A stretch of 64,000 nt of DNA from Lysobacter sp. (GTDB taxonomy: Bacteria; Pseudomonadota; Gammaproteobacteria; Xanthomonadales; Xanthomonadaceae): the NCBI GenBank assembly GCA_035759805.1, contig DASTUE010000058.1, forward strand, positions 7,793 to 71,792, in the 5' to 3' direction. Below, piece after piece: positions 62,798 to 64,000 of this stretch. Position numbers and translations under genes: made by a program. The notes beneath the pieces were generated by a model. It saw only the letters and a list, made by a program, of their open reading frames with translations, was not told where the DNA came from and ran no database searches. Within the stretch, counting starts at the first letter, position 1. Every line of letters starts with the position of its first letter.

Positions 62798-64000
62798 TTA
62801 CCTGATGACGGTGAAGCTGGTTGCGGCAGTGGTGGTGGCGCTGCCGCTGGTCGCGATGTAGCTCGCCTGGTACTTGCCGATCGAGCTGGATCCGGTGCCG
62901 GTGATGAAGTCCCAGCGGGCCTGGCCGTAGCTGTCGGTGGTCACCGTCTTGACGATCTTGATGCCGTTGGGCTTGGTCAGGGTGAAGCGCACGCTGGCTC
63001 CGCCGACCGCGTTGCCGCTCTTGAGCACGCGGGCAAACATGCGGACCTTCTTGCCGGCACGGTAGATGCTCGAGTCCGTGCTGATCGTTCCGGTCAACTC
63101 GCCCGAGATGGTCTCCGGGGCCTTGACCGAGTAGGTGCTCGAGCCGCTTGCGGTGTGCTTGCTGCCAGCGGCGCTGCTGGTACCCGCGCCGATGTTGTAG
63201 CTGGCCGATACGGCCGTCGCCGGTGAAGTCACGCGGAGCGTGGCGTAACCGGTCGCACCCGGAGCCAGCGAGACGCTCGAAGCCGACAATGTGCCCGTCC
63301 AGCCACTGGGAACCGTCCGTGCCAGGGCGAAGCTGGTGTTGCTGCAGGCGCTGGTGTCGTTGTTGCGGACGCTCAGGCTGTAGCTCACGGTGCTGCCGGC
63401 AGTCACCGCGGTGGTCGGGCCGCCCAGACCGAGCGTCGGCGTGTTGCGGGTGCAGACCGGGGTCGGAGTCGGATCGGGCGTCGGGGTCGGGGTCGGATCC
63501 GGAGTCGGAGTCGTCGAGTCGCTGGTCTGGAACTCGTAGGCGCCGATGTCGGCCTTGCCACCCACCGGACGGGGCTGCATCAGGAAGTCGGTGTTGACGC
63601 CGCTGATGACGGCCACCGCATCCACCAGTGGGCTGCCCGCCAGCGGGGTAGCGTCGAACTTGGCCAACGTCATGTTGGTCAGGCCCGGGTTCTTGCCGCA
63701 GATGCTTCCGGAGGGGCACTGGTTGTTCTTGACGTTCCAGAACAGGTTGCCGGCGTAGTTGACCCTGGCGGCGCTGTTGTAGGCGAAGTGCCCGGCGGAC
63801 AGCTCGGTGCTGTTGCCTGAGACGCGGGCCAGGTAGTCGTTCATGCCGATGATGGCGTTGTGCTGCATGTTGACCGTGTTGGAGGCGTCACCGCCCTCGG
63901 TCATGATCACCACGTCACCCTCGCTGATGATGGTGTTGTGGCGGATGTTGGCGACGTTGTACTTGCCCAGCGACACCGACAGTGCGTTGCCGGACGCGCG
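62798..64000 (-). CDS. Extracellular multidomain protein, C-terminal part (beta-helix/choice-of-anchor-Q-like end, Pro-Thr linker, NEW3-like and Ig-like domains)
   Basis: Asn-rich repeats, GSPLVDA..DIGAYE, TPTPDPTPTP linker, Ser/Thr-rich beta domains; 5' end lies outside the window. Confidence 0.75.
   Translation of the reverse strand, partial: RASGNALSVSLGKYNVANIRHNTIISEGDVVIMTEGGDASNTVNMQHNAIIGMNDYLARVSGNSTELSAGHFAYNSAARVNYAGNLFWNVKNNQCPSGSICGKNPGLTNMTLAKFDATPLAGSPLVDAVAVISGVNTDFLMQPRPVGGKADIGAYEFQTSDSTTPTPDPTPTPTPDPTPTPVCTRNTPTLGLGGPTTAVTAGSTVSYSLSVRNNDTSACSNTSFALARTVPSGWTGTLSASSVSLAPGATGYATLRVTSPATAVSASYNIGAGTSSAAGSKHTASGSSTYSVKAPETISGELTGTISTDSSIYRAGKKVRMFARVLKSGNAVGGASVRFTLTKPNGIKIVKTVTTDSYGQARWDFITGTGSSSIGKYQASYIATSGSATTTAATSFTVIR

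Overview
High-GC gammaproteobacterial chromosome segment, most consistent with Lysobacter/Luteimonas-type Xanthomonadaceae (gene order, TTAG-N11-CTAA LexA box, GTAG-type REPs). Core blocks: uvrA(partial)-rplU-rpmA-obgE-rpsT-murJ-ribF-ileS-lspA-ispH-tRNA-Thr (1-11.1 kb), and radA-ypjD-ffh-rpsP-rimM-trmD-rplS-hslR-DUF937-mutS-TonB receptor-cinA-lexA-recA-recX-alaS-csrA-tRNA-Ser-tRNA-Arg (19.2-39.4 kb). Two accessory regions each follow a tRNA. (1) 11.2-19.1 kb is a collapsed polysaccharide locus. It has a cpsB-like phosphatase fused by an apparent deletion to a frameshifted half of galU, a second synonymous-diverged galU 3' end, vanZ, tviB carrying an in-frame palindromic repeat, and an epimerase, all interleaved with toxin-antitoxin cassettes (HTH/PIN, XRE plus a truncated partner, HipBA-like). 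(2) 39.5-64 kb combines exopolysaccharide/PEP-CTERM-type genes (priming sugar transferase, O-acetyltransferase, methyltransferase, a pair of alpha/beta hydrolases, a putative sugar-active propeller protein) with a PPTase, a JmjC oxygenase and a thioesterase-less hybrid assembly line (A-T-KS-AT-ACP-aminotransferase + C-A(Gly)-T-C-A(Gly)-T). The best candidate for an undescribed system is region 2, which may use the NRPS/PKS to build a beta-amino-acyl-Gly-Gly unit that is transferred onto a surface glycan rather than released as a free metabolite (inference). All family calls are from reading motifs by eye; no database searches were run.
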